A stretch of DNA of 64,000 nucleotides from Phyllosticta citribraziliensis (lineage: Eukaryota), in NCBI RefSeq assembly GCF_038025025.1, contig NW_027117342.1, forward strand, positions 124,001-188,000, written 5' to 3'. The translations under genes were made by a program, and so were the position numbers. Of the stretch, positions 12,241 to 23,257 are shown piece by piece (the first letter of the stretch is position 1; the number at the start of each line of letters is the position of its first letter). The notes beneath the pieces are model-generated. The model worked only from the letters and a program-made list of their open reading frames with translations. It was not told where the DNA came from and did no database searches.

Positions 12241-15147
12241 CCTAGCCCACCTCGCCCGAGCGCGACACCAACGCTCAGGCCGCCCAAACAGACCTTATCA
12301 AGCGCCCATAATCGCCTCAACTCTAGCTCACCTACGCGCAAAAGCTGGAAGAAACCGTCGCTGTACTACGCGCCGACTTCTCCTCCCAAAAAATGCACTA
12401 CGAAAACCTTCTCTCGTCGACGACGGCCTCGTCGCAAACCAAACTTACCGAAACGCGACTCCAACGCGCCGGCCCAGCAAACAGAGCTCATCGAGCGCCC
12501 ATCGTCGCCTCGACTCCAGCTCACATACGCGCAAAACTTGACGAGCACACCGTCTCCTGTCCGCAGATTGCTCCTCCCACTTTCTGGCGTCTCGAAGGTT
12601 GAACAGACTGGAATCCGCCGTCCGTGTGTGCTGCCCGGGCGGGCTACTTCGACAGCGAACGCAGAGCCGACGAAGGCGGCGCGAGGTACCCATCAGTCAA
12701 ATCTGGCCTCAAACCCGTCCCGCGAGAGCAATAACAGCATCCGACGTCGAAGCACGCTTGGAGAAAACATGCTCGGGCTCAGGAGTACGAGGTTGATGAG
12801 CTGCCGCCGCCGTCGAGACGATCACGTCCATCCACAGCAAACACGCCTCAAGTACAGTACGAGGAAACCCACAGCAGCCCTTTCACTCAGGACAATCCAT
12901 TTCAGAGTCCCCGACGCGTCTGGCCGCCACTTCTCCACAGGATTATGGGTCGTCAGCAAGTGGGGGAGGAGTTGGGGGTGGTGTCATGGATTTACGGCCA
13001 GCCCCGCTGAATGCCACGCACCTATGTATTCAATCAATCAGCACTGTACCCACAGATCCAAATATTTGCTCAACTTGGCCCCATGCATATGCGTCTCCAT
13101 GTTCTCTCGTCCTGTCTCGAAGTTTTCACGCCGTTCATGTCCTGGTAGCATAGCAGAGGTCAATCTCTAAGGCGTAGGATGAGAGCCTCTGATTCAGCTC
13201 CAGTTCAGGACGCGACCACAGCTCTGATTCTTAAGAAAGATGCATGCCGGCACGAATGTGGAAAACCAAAGTGTAAGAGCCAGGAATGTGGCAACCACAT
13301 TGCGCATGAATCTCGCCTGTGCGGTCACAAACGTGTTGCGCGTATGGAGTGCGAGCTGAGGCATGGCCATCGTGGTCACCGCATCCATCACCATATATTG
13401 GGTTTTGATACGGTCGAGAAGCACCAACCACCCGATGGAAGGAATGGTGCTTGACGAGCGAGGCAGTCATCGACAGGCTCCGCACCATGGCCAATATATG
13501 GGATGCGCGGCTCGACAGCATCAGAGGACCGAGTCGACACCAGGCGTCGCACGTGGAAACAGTGGAAGGAGGTTAAGGATAGTTTGCAGCAACTGAAGCA
13601 AGATGTCAGTCACAAGGTGATGAAAGGACGGACCAACTGGAGGAGTAGGAGCTGAAGGATACATTCGAGCAGGCGTACATCGAGTTTGAATAACAGCCCA
13701 GCGGGTAGCTAGCGCAAAACTCCCTTGGTTTGGTAATGTGTCTCCTACCTCTTTCAGTCCCACAGCTGCGAGATTTACAACCTTGTCTCAAGATTGCATC
13801 CTTATAAGGGGTTTGCAAGCACCTCTGTTTATAGACATGCTTTGGCGGTAGTAGGAGTATGGGGGGCCGAAGTGAGAAGTGAACTCTAAAAAGATGAGGG
13901 CGGTGAGTAAAGGATAGCAGATGATGGGAGGTAGGAGCACGGCGGCGGACGAAGGCAGCAGGATCATTTCACACAGTACTTGAACAGCGGCAATGTCCAG
14001 TGACGTCTCAAGTAGGTCGTTGGCGTAGGCTGGTTCAGGAAAGTTTTTAATGCCCGGACTCCAAACACAGAATCCTATGCAGTCGTCTTGATTAGCAAGA
14101 ATGGCTGAGAAATTGGAGATGGCGACGCACTCGTCTGATAGCTTGGGATAGCTGTAGAGTGGTTGAGATGAAGGTGAGTAGAGTTGAGATGGAGGTAAGG
14201 TTAACAAGAGTGGGAGTGCAGGAAGACCAATTTTCTTCCCGGTGTCGCCAACGCTAATCCAACAGAATCACAACCGCCTTATAAATTCTTCTCTCATCTT
14301 CTTTACGCCCGCCGTTGCTGTTGCTCTTCTCCTTCTTGTCTCATCGCATCTTGGCCCACCAACGTGTAAACGGCCAAAGCCAAGGTCACCTCACGTACCA
14401 TTCTCTGCATCAGTCCTACTTGGACACTTATAGCCTGTCGATGCCGGGTAGTGGATGGTGTAAGGGCTCGTCTCCAGGGGACAAGATGAAGAAAATGTCC
14501 GCGGGAACGGGGGCGAGCCTCGCTCGCTGCTTCGCTCTGGAATGAGTCGCGGTGCCTGGAGCGACTTCAGAGGAGAAAGGCTGACGAGTGGTCGCTGTGG
14601 TTTTGTGGAGAACAGGCGCGCGGTGACTCTGGTGGCGCCGCTTGGCCGCTGTAATCCAAGCTGACCCGTTGACACCAATGAGGGCGCGCCGAATGTCAAC
14701 GACACACTCCGTGAGCTCTTATAGAAAGAGGGAAAGCCTTCAGCCACCAGAAACCCTGAGTGAGGCGAGGATAAGCTGTAGAATTTGAAGCTGGGGCGAA
14801 GCACACAAATAGACCCGAAAATGAAGGCAGACAGACCCAAGAGCCTGGCCATGGAATGAAGCCCCAAGTCGCGACGAATCTGAGCGGTCCACGTGTATAC
14901 TGCAAGCGATCAAGATCTCAATGAGGAGGAGGAGGAGGACCCCACAAGCCAACCGATTCGGTGCCCAAGTTGCCGCATCCGATATTCTTGGTGTGTCATC
15001 CTACGCTATTAGCGAAGTCCAGAATGTATATCCTGAAGAGAAAATGCTGTGATATCCTCCTAGATGTCATTTATTTCTTATATTAGGTAGGCTATCAGGC
15101 TTGACATCTTGAGCGTGGTGCTGTGTTGTTGAAGCAGCGCACGCGTC

Positions 15148-15184
15148 GAGGGCTCGGTGGAGGGCTCAGTGGAGGGCTCGGTGG
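15148..15184 (+). repeat. 12-bp tandem repeat x3
   Basis: GAGGGCTCGGTG GAGGGCTCAGTG GAGGGCTCGGTG. Confidence 0.85.
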
Positions 15185-15419
15185 TTGTAGCCTGTTGATT
15201 GGTGGCATCGCTTGCCAGGGTACTGTGGACTCAGGAGAGTCAATTTTGGAGCAATTAGGAGCGCGTCGTTAGGAGGAAAAGAAGTTGGAGTTGAAAGCAT
15301 TACGAAGGCGAGTCGCGCATGCGGACGTCTGGTATAGACAAGACCTGGCCCAACGTGCTGTCCAAGATGCCCAGTTGCTCGTGGGCTCCCCAGGACGTGT
15401 TAAGTAGTGGCCGGTGAAT

Positions 15420-16012
15420 CTCGCTAGCGGGAATGGCAATCTCGCCAGCGGGAATCATACTCGCTAGCGGGTGACTCAGCCACTCGCTAGCGGGAATCAT
15501 ACTCGCCGGCGAGTATGGCTTTCTCGCTCACGTGACCGGCATACTCGCCGGCGGGAATGGCATACTCGCCAGCAGGTGACTCAGCTGCTCACTCACGTGA
15601 CCGGCATACTCGCCAGCGGAAACCATACTCGCCAGCGGGTGACTCAGCCACTTGCTCACGTGACCGGCATACTCGCCAGCGGGTGACTCAGCCACTCACT
15701 AGCGGGAATCATACTCGCCGGCGAGTATGGCTTTCTCGCTCACGTGACCGGCATACTCGCCGGCGAGTATGGCTTCCTCACTCACGTGACCGGCATACTC
15801 GCCGGCGAGTATGGCTTCCTCGCTCACGTGACCAGCATACTCGCCGGCGAGTATGGCTTCCTCGCTCACGTGACCAGCTCTCTCGCCAGCGGGATTCATA
15901 CTCGCTAGCGGGAATGGCCTCCCCACCAGCAAGAAAGAAGGTGATTACTAAGAGGGCCATTCCCGCCAGCGAGTATGATTCCCGCCAGCGAGTTGCCTTT
16001 CCCGCCAGCGAC
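15420..16012. repeat. Phased array of ~21-bp monomers built on the quasi-palindrome CYCGCNNGCGRG, with a 42-bp higher-order unit and an inverted terminal cluster
   Basis: About 17 forward-type copies lie between 15420 and 15912, and 3 inverted-context copies at 15962, 15981 and 16001. The perfect 20-bp palindrome CATACTCGCCGGCGAGTATG occurs at 15498, 15710, 15752, 15794 and 15836. Confidence 0.95.
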
Positions 16013-16199
16013 AAGGCGCGCAATTTGCCTCGACTTGACACCCAACAGCAAGATGGACAGCCCTGAAGCGCTCCAAGTCCCCCTCAGCGACAGTTCTACA
16101 CTGTGAGCAACCATATAATTCAACCCAAATGATGCTTGCTTACACCATGTGCTACTCCTAGTCACCCTTGCCAACCTCGCCCCCGTCCACAATATGCTC

Positions 16200-16295
16200 G
16201 CCGTCCTCTCCCGCATATCGCGCGTCGCCCTCCCCCGCACATCGCGCGTCGCCCTCTCCCGCAGAACGCGACCCGTCCTCTCCCGCAGAACGCAC
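16200..16295 (+). repeat. 24-bp tandem repeat x4 (degenerate)
   Basis: Unit approximately CGYCCTCTCCCGCASAWCGCGCGT repeated four times. Confidence 0.75.
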
Positions 16296-16776
16296 CCCTC
16301 CACACCTGCAAAAGCGCCAGCACAACCTTGGCCCCGTCTCAATTCCGATAGTTGAAGACACAACTCCAGTGAGCGGCACCGGCAGCAACAAGGACCGCGA
16401 GTGAAGCAAGCGTGGAGGACACAAGACGCGATGATGCCGAAACCTTGCTCGGAGACGTCGACTGGACCTTTGACCGAGCTCCGGACGAAACAATTCAGGA
16501 TTTGAACGAGGGAATCGACCTATCCAATCCGTTTGTTATGATCGAGCGCCCCAGGAAACGGAAGCGCGACTCTGAAATGGAGCAAGAGCGTATGACGGCC
16601 GACGGGCAGACAGCGACCGAAGAATCTCGCGCTCCTCCCATGAACGAGACCGACAAGGCCATGGAGCAGCTCAGTGGGTGCTATCAGGTCGGACAAAGCG
16701 TAATCTACCTTATTTGGGGCGCCTTTGCCTTGAACGATATGCGCATCATAGAACTCGCCAAGAATCCACCTTAGCC

Positions 16777-16810
16777 TTGGGCGTCTTGGGCATCTTGGGC
16801 ATCTTGGGCG
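16777..16810 (+). repeat. 9-bp tandem repeat x4
   Basis: TTGGGCGTC TTGGGCATC TTGGGCATC TTGGGCG. Confidence 0.75.
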
Positions 16811-18325
16811 AAGGACCGCCATCGCGACGGACCCGTTCAATGCCATGTCGGCAGCCGTTGACGCCGCCCGCGGGCGTCGCGGTCCAAGACGCTGAGGCCA
16901 CGCATGCCAAGTTGAAGGGTAAACCAGAGCCCGCGATCGCTTCTTGCGCCGGATGACTTGTGTGCGACGACGGCGCGTCATGATAAGGGCGCCGCCGCCT
17001 TTGTGATAGGATTGAAGAGTTTCTCAAGTGGGGCATGGTCGGGACTTGATATTTGCTCGTACTTCCGCCGGTGACGAAACGCAGCCGGGCAAGCGTCCGC
17101 ACCAGCAGACGTCGCCAGAGAAGCACGCCTTCCTCGCCCTCTCTTCATTCAAGGCCGGTCACCACACTGGTATAGGTCGACAAGTTGAATCACCCTCCGT
17201 TTCCGTCTTCGCCCCACATCCGATCGTTCTAGTTCCTCCAAGCTGCTCGAAATGTACGCCTCCCTTGCCCTGTTTTCATTCAAAGCTAGACACCATCTCA
17301 CACGCTGACAGGTCGAGTTCGTGTACTGGGACGTTTCGACAGCACCACTTGGATCAATAAGGCCATCCTCTTCGCCCTTTGTCTACTCCGCCCTTGACCT
17401 GCTATCCCCGGAATCCACCAATTTCACTTGTTCGCAGCGGTCGGCGGCCACTGATCAACCCATTGCGCGCGCTGATGGCCGCCCAGCCAATTGCTGCGGT
17501 ACTGCGCGTGGAGCTCATCACGTCGACGAGGGCGTCGCTAATTGGAGAGGAGAGTCTAATGACAACAAGAGCAGAGACTACGACCTGGAGCAACCTCAGG
17601 ACCAAAACTCGTCCACGCCGGATGCGGACCACACGTCAACACTGACTGCATATCCGCCGAATGTGATTCACGGATCCCACCAGCTCACCCGAAGCACGCA
17701 GTTCTTGCGCCTCAAATTGTGAAGAAGGAGACGGCCACTTTTCAACATTATAGCGCCCACTCAAAGTTGAGTCCTCCGCCGCCAGCCCAGACACCGACAT
17801 CGACACCTCCAAGACTACGTTTTCCGCGCGAGTTGAAGCAGCGTCTAGCGGTCAATTCAGCCAAAGACATGTCGGGAGTGCGATGCGCATCCGGCGCCCT
17901 TGTTCGCCGTCCCATGCGTTGTGTCATCCGCGCCCAGCCTCGAGCAAGAATGCACGCCGACCTTCGCGTCGAACAGCTGTGCTGTCCTCAATGCAGGAGC
18001 ATCTTTTTCACCATCAACCGTACATTATTCTCAGGGAAGTTGGCGATATTCTCCTTGTCCAACCCCGCGTCACCAGTCAACTTGGGAAGCCTACCACCTG
18101 TGCTGAGTGCGTGGGTTTTCCCCTGTATGTACCTGCTAGGTCTGCAAGAGGGCTAGAAACATGGACCGCCGCTGAGTGGGAAGCAGCTCTGGTCATTGGG
18201 CAGCTTGGCGCTGACTAGGGCACGTCATCCGCCATTGCTTCGGGATCTGCACTGGCTGGGGAGTTTCATGGCCGGGGCGTTCAAGCAGTTGGGAATCGGT
18301 TCCTCGCAACGGCGGCATGCCATCC

Positions 18326-19086
18326 TCAGGACGACTGCCAGAGCCAGCAGACCCACTCAAAAGTCGGCTACTTCTCGACCATCCTCGGGCTCGCCACCGC
18401 GTCCTTGCCCACGGCGGAAATCGCGCCGTTCTTCATCTTTACGTACTTCACCACCTGCGCCGCCAGGACCATGCTCCCAAGCACGACTAGAGCGTCCCTC
18501 CCTTCGGAATTCTCCTCCATCTCCGCCGGCAACTCCATCGTCGACACAAAGACTTCGTCCTAGTCGGTGCGCATGAATACCTTCGACACGTACCTTGTGG
18601 TCGGGTCCGCAACCTTGGACAGGATCTTGCTCGTCATCCTCTCATACAACACCAGCGCGAACTTGACTTAGGCCTTCATCAGCAACTTCTTGTCGGTCAT
18701 GAGCATGGACAGAGTGCCGTGCGTGCCGCACACCAACAAGCCGTTGAAGTATTCCTGCGGGGCGGTCGCCGAGCAAAAGACAAGCCCAGCGAGGAAGGAG
18801 CAGGTTGTACTGCGTGTGGCAGTAGGCGTCTGTGGTCTCGCCGCAGGAGAACTCACTGCCAATTGGTGCTAGGTTCACAAATGTTTCGTCCTTATTGATG
18901 CTGGAAGGGGCGTCCGGGTCTGGCAGCGTCGCCGAGGACCTCTCGGGTCCGTTGGAGAATTTGCCCTTGATCGCGATCAAGCGCTTCTCCACCGATGACC
19001 TTGTCCATGGCCTCAATGTCGCGCTCGTTCGCGGTCGCGCCTGGGTCAACGCCCATGACGTCGATTCTCTCGGCGGAACCTTTCAT
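18326..19086 (-). pseudogene. Decayed coding sequence of unknown family
   Basis: One minus-strand frame reads as plausible protein through three in-frame TAA/TAG stops (18668, 18560, 18368): ...LMTDKKLLMKA*VKFALVLYERMTSKILSKVADPTTRYVSKVFMRTD*DEVFVSTMELPAEMEE...LAAQVVKYVKMKNGAISAVGKDAVASPRMVEK*PTFEWVCWLW. Frameshifted protein-like segments continue upstream. Confidence 0.5.
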
Positions 19087-21074
19087 GTTCGTGTTCTTAC
19101 TGTCGCTGTCGTCGTTGAAATTACTTCACGTGGCCCTTCACCGTCGCATCTGACATCTCCTTCTGCACTTCTAGGCGCGTTGCCATGGAACCTTCCTTCG
19201 AATTTCTGTCTAACCACCTACCCGGCGACCTAGAGGCTCTGCCTAGACGCCGTAGACAAGAAACTCTTCCGGTTCCTGCTTCTCTCCCTCGTTGAAGACA
19301 CGCTCCCAGTCGCCTGCACACGTGCAGGTGACCAGCGTGCTTCTTCAACTACGCACTGAATGCTTGCTGATGGGTGGTACGTGGTGATGGTGGACGCCGA
19401 TGTCCTGCCACCACCGCGTCTTCATCCCCCATGATGCTGGCTTTGAGCAGGTTGAACTGAACGCCTGCCATCTCCTGGCATTGCCGTATGCGTGGACAGA
19501 ATGGAGTCGTCAAGGTTGCGTTCTGTCTCAGGCCTGGTGCTGAGGCGCACCGCATTCAAACGATGCAAAGGAGCAACGGTGAAGTGAGATGGCGAGGGAG
19601 GGCGGTCTGCTGGTGAGCATGTTGCGAGAAGGTGGGTAGTAAGAAGGCCGCCTACGCCACACAAGACGTCAAAGCTGAGTGTCCACGTTATTCTCCTGGA
19701 GCGCATCAAGCGTCGGCGGCGTTTTCAAAAATGTCTTGATTGACAGGGCCGCGGCGCACTAAAGTCCTTGGTTGGCTCTTGAAATTACTGGAAAAAGAAC
19801 AGCAAAGCCTCCGTCCTCCACGGGTATTGCCTGGCAGGGGCGCTTAACAACAGCCGATGCGGTGTCGAGCAACCCAGTTGAATCTGAGCACAGGCCCTCT
19901 TTGATTCCCGACCATTTATCCCCCAAAGCATATAACCCCAGTATCTGCAACGTCTCCAGTGGCACAGTCACCCAGCAGCGAAACCGCGCTCCATGGATCC
20001 ACATGGGACGCTGACCTCACGGTTCACTCTCATTTCGGGGAAGGGCGAGCTGTCGTTCGGTTCAGCGGCACAGGCCCTGGTGCTTGGAGCTAAGCCGTCA
20101 GTGGTGCTTCTTCGCGCGCGGCGATAGCAGCAGCGCATAGCTCAGGGTGTGCGCGACAGGAGACACGCCATTAGACGCCTGGCGCTTTCTGTTGCTTCCT
20201 GCTGAAAAGAAAGCCGATGCCGCAGACCAAGAGCCTGGCGGTGTCGCGCTGGACGGAATCGCCCAGTACAGCCAGTGCTTTTTCGACAAGCGCGTTTTTG
20301 ACTTGAATTGAAAAGCAGGTGGAGTAGTGTCGTACATTGAAGGCTGAGACTTTGGGCCCTGACCACCGTTGACGTTTCCATTGGTGGCATTGCCGCTCTG
20401 TCCAGGAGATCCATTGACATCGGGTGAAGGGCCGTCTTTTTGTAGCTCCATTGCTTGATGCCGTGTCGCTGATTGCACTGCTGGGGCGAGACACCAAGGC
20501 TAAGGCGGGAGCAGGCGGGACATTTGCCGCTTGTTGGTTTTCCCTTTCCCTTCTCAGTTGCTATTTGTGTCGGCCTGCCCTCCTCTGGAAACGATTGCCA
20601 CGATTCTGTCGACAACGTCGTTGGAATTCCGCAAGCCCAGGTTTGTTTCTCATGTCGCCGCGTTGAGCCACCGGGGAAACCAGACAGGCTGGATGAACGA
20701 CCGACGGGAACCGTGGTGGTGGATGGGAGGCAGTCGATTTCGAGGTGGTGTAGACGTTGTCCTCGTCAGACTCGTCGTGCTTGGGTGGAAAGGCATGCGA
20801 GGTCGAATTGAGGGAGACGGAGGAGGTGGGAATCGGCGACGCGCTTGAGTGAGTGAGGTCAGATTCCGGATGAAATGGTAGAGGAGCCGGGGGAGCCAGT
20901 TACCGTCCCACTGCACAAGGTAGGCGTCAAATTGGTTATTAAGAATACGGACAAAGGGAGTTTTGGGAGTGGTTACGCTTGCGCTTGAGTGTGGCCGAGG
21001 AGATTGGGATAGGCTGGCTGGTTGTTAAGGTGCGCCATGGTGATGATGACGGATGTAGGTGGTGGTGGTCAAAA

Positions 21075-21229
21075 GCCGCTGGCGAGAAAGCCATTCCCGC
21101 TAGCGACATCCATTCCCGCCAGCGAGTTTGATTCCCGCCGGCGGCATTCATCCATTCTCGCCAGCGAGTATGCCCATTCCCGCCAGCGAGTATGATTCCC
21201 GCCGGCGGCAATTGGATAGTCCACGTGAC
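21075..21229. repeat. Second cluster (7 copies) of the CYCGCNNGCGRG motif, inverted relative to the main 15.4-kb array
   Basis: Copies at about 21075, 21096, 21115, 21134, 21157, 21179 and 21198. The string CATTCCCGCCAGCGAGTATGATTCCCGCC is shared with 15958-15987. CACGTGAC follows at 21222. Confidence 0.9.
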
Positions 21230-21247
21230 TGCCCAGCGGCTCAGGTT

Positions 21248-21303
21248 CTCCTCCTCCTCCTCCTCCTCCTCCTCCTCCTCCTCCTCCTCCTCCTCCTCCT
21301 CCT
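21248..21303 (+). repeat. (CTC)n microsatellite, ~18 units
   Basis: Uninterrupted CTC/CCT run. Confidence 0.95.
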
Positions 21304-22730
21304 ACTCCTACTACACCCTCCTCATCTCGGCAAACTGTCTCCTCGCCGCTCGTTGCTCGCCGCTCTCGCCATCTATCACACCGTTCGCTCGCCGTCTCCG
21401 ACGATTGCTCAGGGAATGCCCTACGTCTATGGGACGTATTCCTCCCACGCTTCTGCTACCCTGCCCTCTCACCGTCGCCGTCGCGTTGTTTTTGCTGATA
21501 CGCGCATGCAGTGGTTTTCCTCTCACCTTCACTGTCACCATCTACACACCGCCGCCCAACACCAGACTCAAGCCTTTCGATCGGGCACGGCTCTCTTGCC
21601 TGAGACGATCACGATGATTACGCGCCTGCAACTCCGCGTCGCCTTACCCATCACCGAAACCAGCACAGGTTCGTCCCGTCCACTCCGCGCACCACAGACC
21701 ACGCCCGCGAGAACCCATGGGGCCTGCCACCTGTTCCACCGAGGAACGTGCGGTCAACATCCCAGCGGTCGACTCCTACATCCAAGGCGCCCCTCCACGC
21801 AGCAGACCACTCCCTCGACGACGCACGCGATCTGGCATCGGTTTCGGTTCCCGTCGGGAAAGGGTGAAATTTCCAGCGCTCAAATTTCTCATCAGCACAT
21901 GGGGTGAGCACTACGTCTCGGCCCAGGAAAGCTACAAGCAGAACCTCGGCGAAGTTGGCGCCACCATATTTCAAAAACTTGATGCTCATTGCTTTTTTGA
22001 TACAACGCTGCAACGGTCTGCTTTCTTTGCATTTCCAGCGGGGTTGGCAAGCCTCTGCAAAAGGAGAAGGCTGAGATAATTCTGCAATTGGAGAGACAAT
22101 CGACGTCTCCATGGTGGCCAAACTTTGGAGCGGCGTTGCATCCCTGTTTTTCATGTCGCATAGAGAGTGGAAGCACCCATCGCTCGCTCAAGTCGCGGAA
22201 CGTGCAACAAACAGGTGGTTAGCTGCAGGCAGTGCGGCTGACTCGGCCACAGGGTAGAAATGTGCTGGTGTTTTGTTGCCACTTTACCAGCGCCCATTGA
22301 CAGCGCCGCCCCCACCGGCCCATTCACAACTCACTACCCTCTCGCCCGGTAACTGATGCTGCACCACTCCACTCCCATCCACCCTATTTTCGGTCTACAT
22401 GAGCTTGCCAGATTTGATCTCACGAGGCACACTGTCATCATGCAAAGCCACAACCCCCGCCCGGACACTGTTTGAGCATCCGGAGGTGCTGCGCAAAGAG
22501 CCGCAGCGCGGGCCCTGCATTTTGACCCAATATACGCGCTGCGGTGCTCAAGGTCACCTCTTGCACTCTCATCGTTTGCCACGTGGGTTCAGGCAGGCAG
22601 GTCCGGTGGGTGCTGCTTCCCGTCATCCTGCTCAGCTGCGGGGGGACTTCCCAGAGGAGAAGGCGGCACCCACCACTTGCGCACAATGACCTCTATATAT
22701 TTCCCTCGTCGCCCACTGGGCTCGCTTGCG

Positions 22731-22860
22731 GGACCTCAAGGCGCGCGAGCGCAGGACCTCAAGGCGCGCGAGCGCAGGACCTCAAGGTGAGCAGAGTAGT
22801 AGGACCTCAAGGTGAGCAGAGTAGTAGGACCTCAAGGTGAGCAGAGCAGTAGGACCTCAT
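22731..22860 (+). repeat. Minisatellite: six GGACCTCA(AGG) cores with two linker types
   Basis: Cores at 22731, 22754, 22777, 22802, 22827 and 22852 (periods 23, 23, 25, 25, 25). Confidence 0.9.
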
Positions 22861-23257
22861 CCTTCCCAACGATCGTGAGGAAATTGCATTCATTGGAAAC
22901 AAGTGTAAAGAAGATTGACTTTGCATACAGAACCTTTTCCCTTCGCCCCTTGAATCAACCATCTTTTTTGACTTCATCTGTCTTCATCGAGGCCCACGTG
23001 TCCATTTCCGTGGCGACATTCTCAAGACGAATCCACGAAAGCACAAAATCAGCTCGGATAGATAGCTCCACGACCTTAGGCATCATATTGAGTGTCGCCC
23101 TATGAGAGCATCGTCTTGTCCACCTCCTCGACCATGGAACCAGCAGTGTTGCAGCAGTGGTGGACATTGTTGCGGCGTTGCAATTGACTTTCGAGATTAT
23201 TTTCGAATCGGCAAGCGGAAGGAAGAGAAGAGCGGCGGTGACCTCTAGGATCTCGAT

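Noticed and set aside
11911..13170. 419-aa ORF and similar Ser/Arg/Pro-rich ORFs (682-1494, 5442-6467, 5642-6748, 21128-21907)
   Set aside because: Low complexity, partly microsatellite-derived, mostly non-ATG starts and no family motifs.
15420..16012. CRISPR-like array or coding repeat (RRRVWLPRSRD ORF 15557-16066)
   Set aside because: Eukaryotic context, no unique spacers and no cas genes. The ORFs on both strands simply result from a 42-bp GC-rich unit lacking stops.
22731..22860. CRISPR-like repeat-spacer pattern
   Set aside because: Linkers are short and themselves repeated, so this is a minisatellite.
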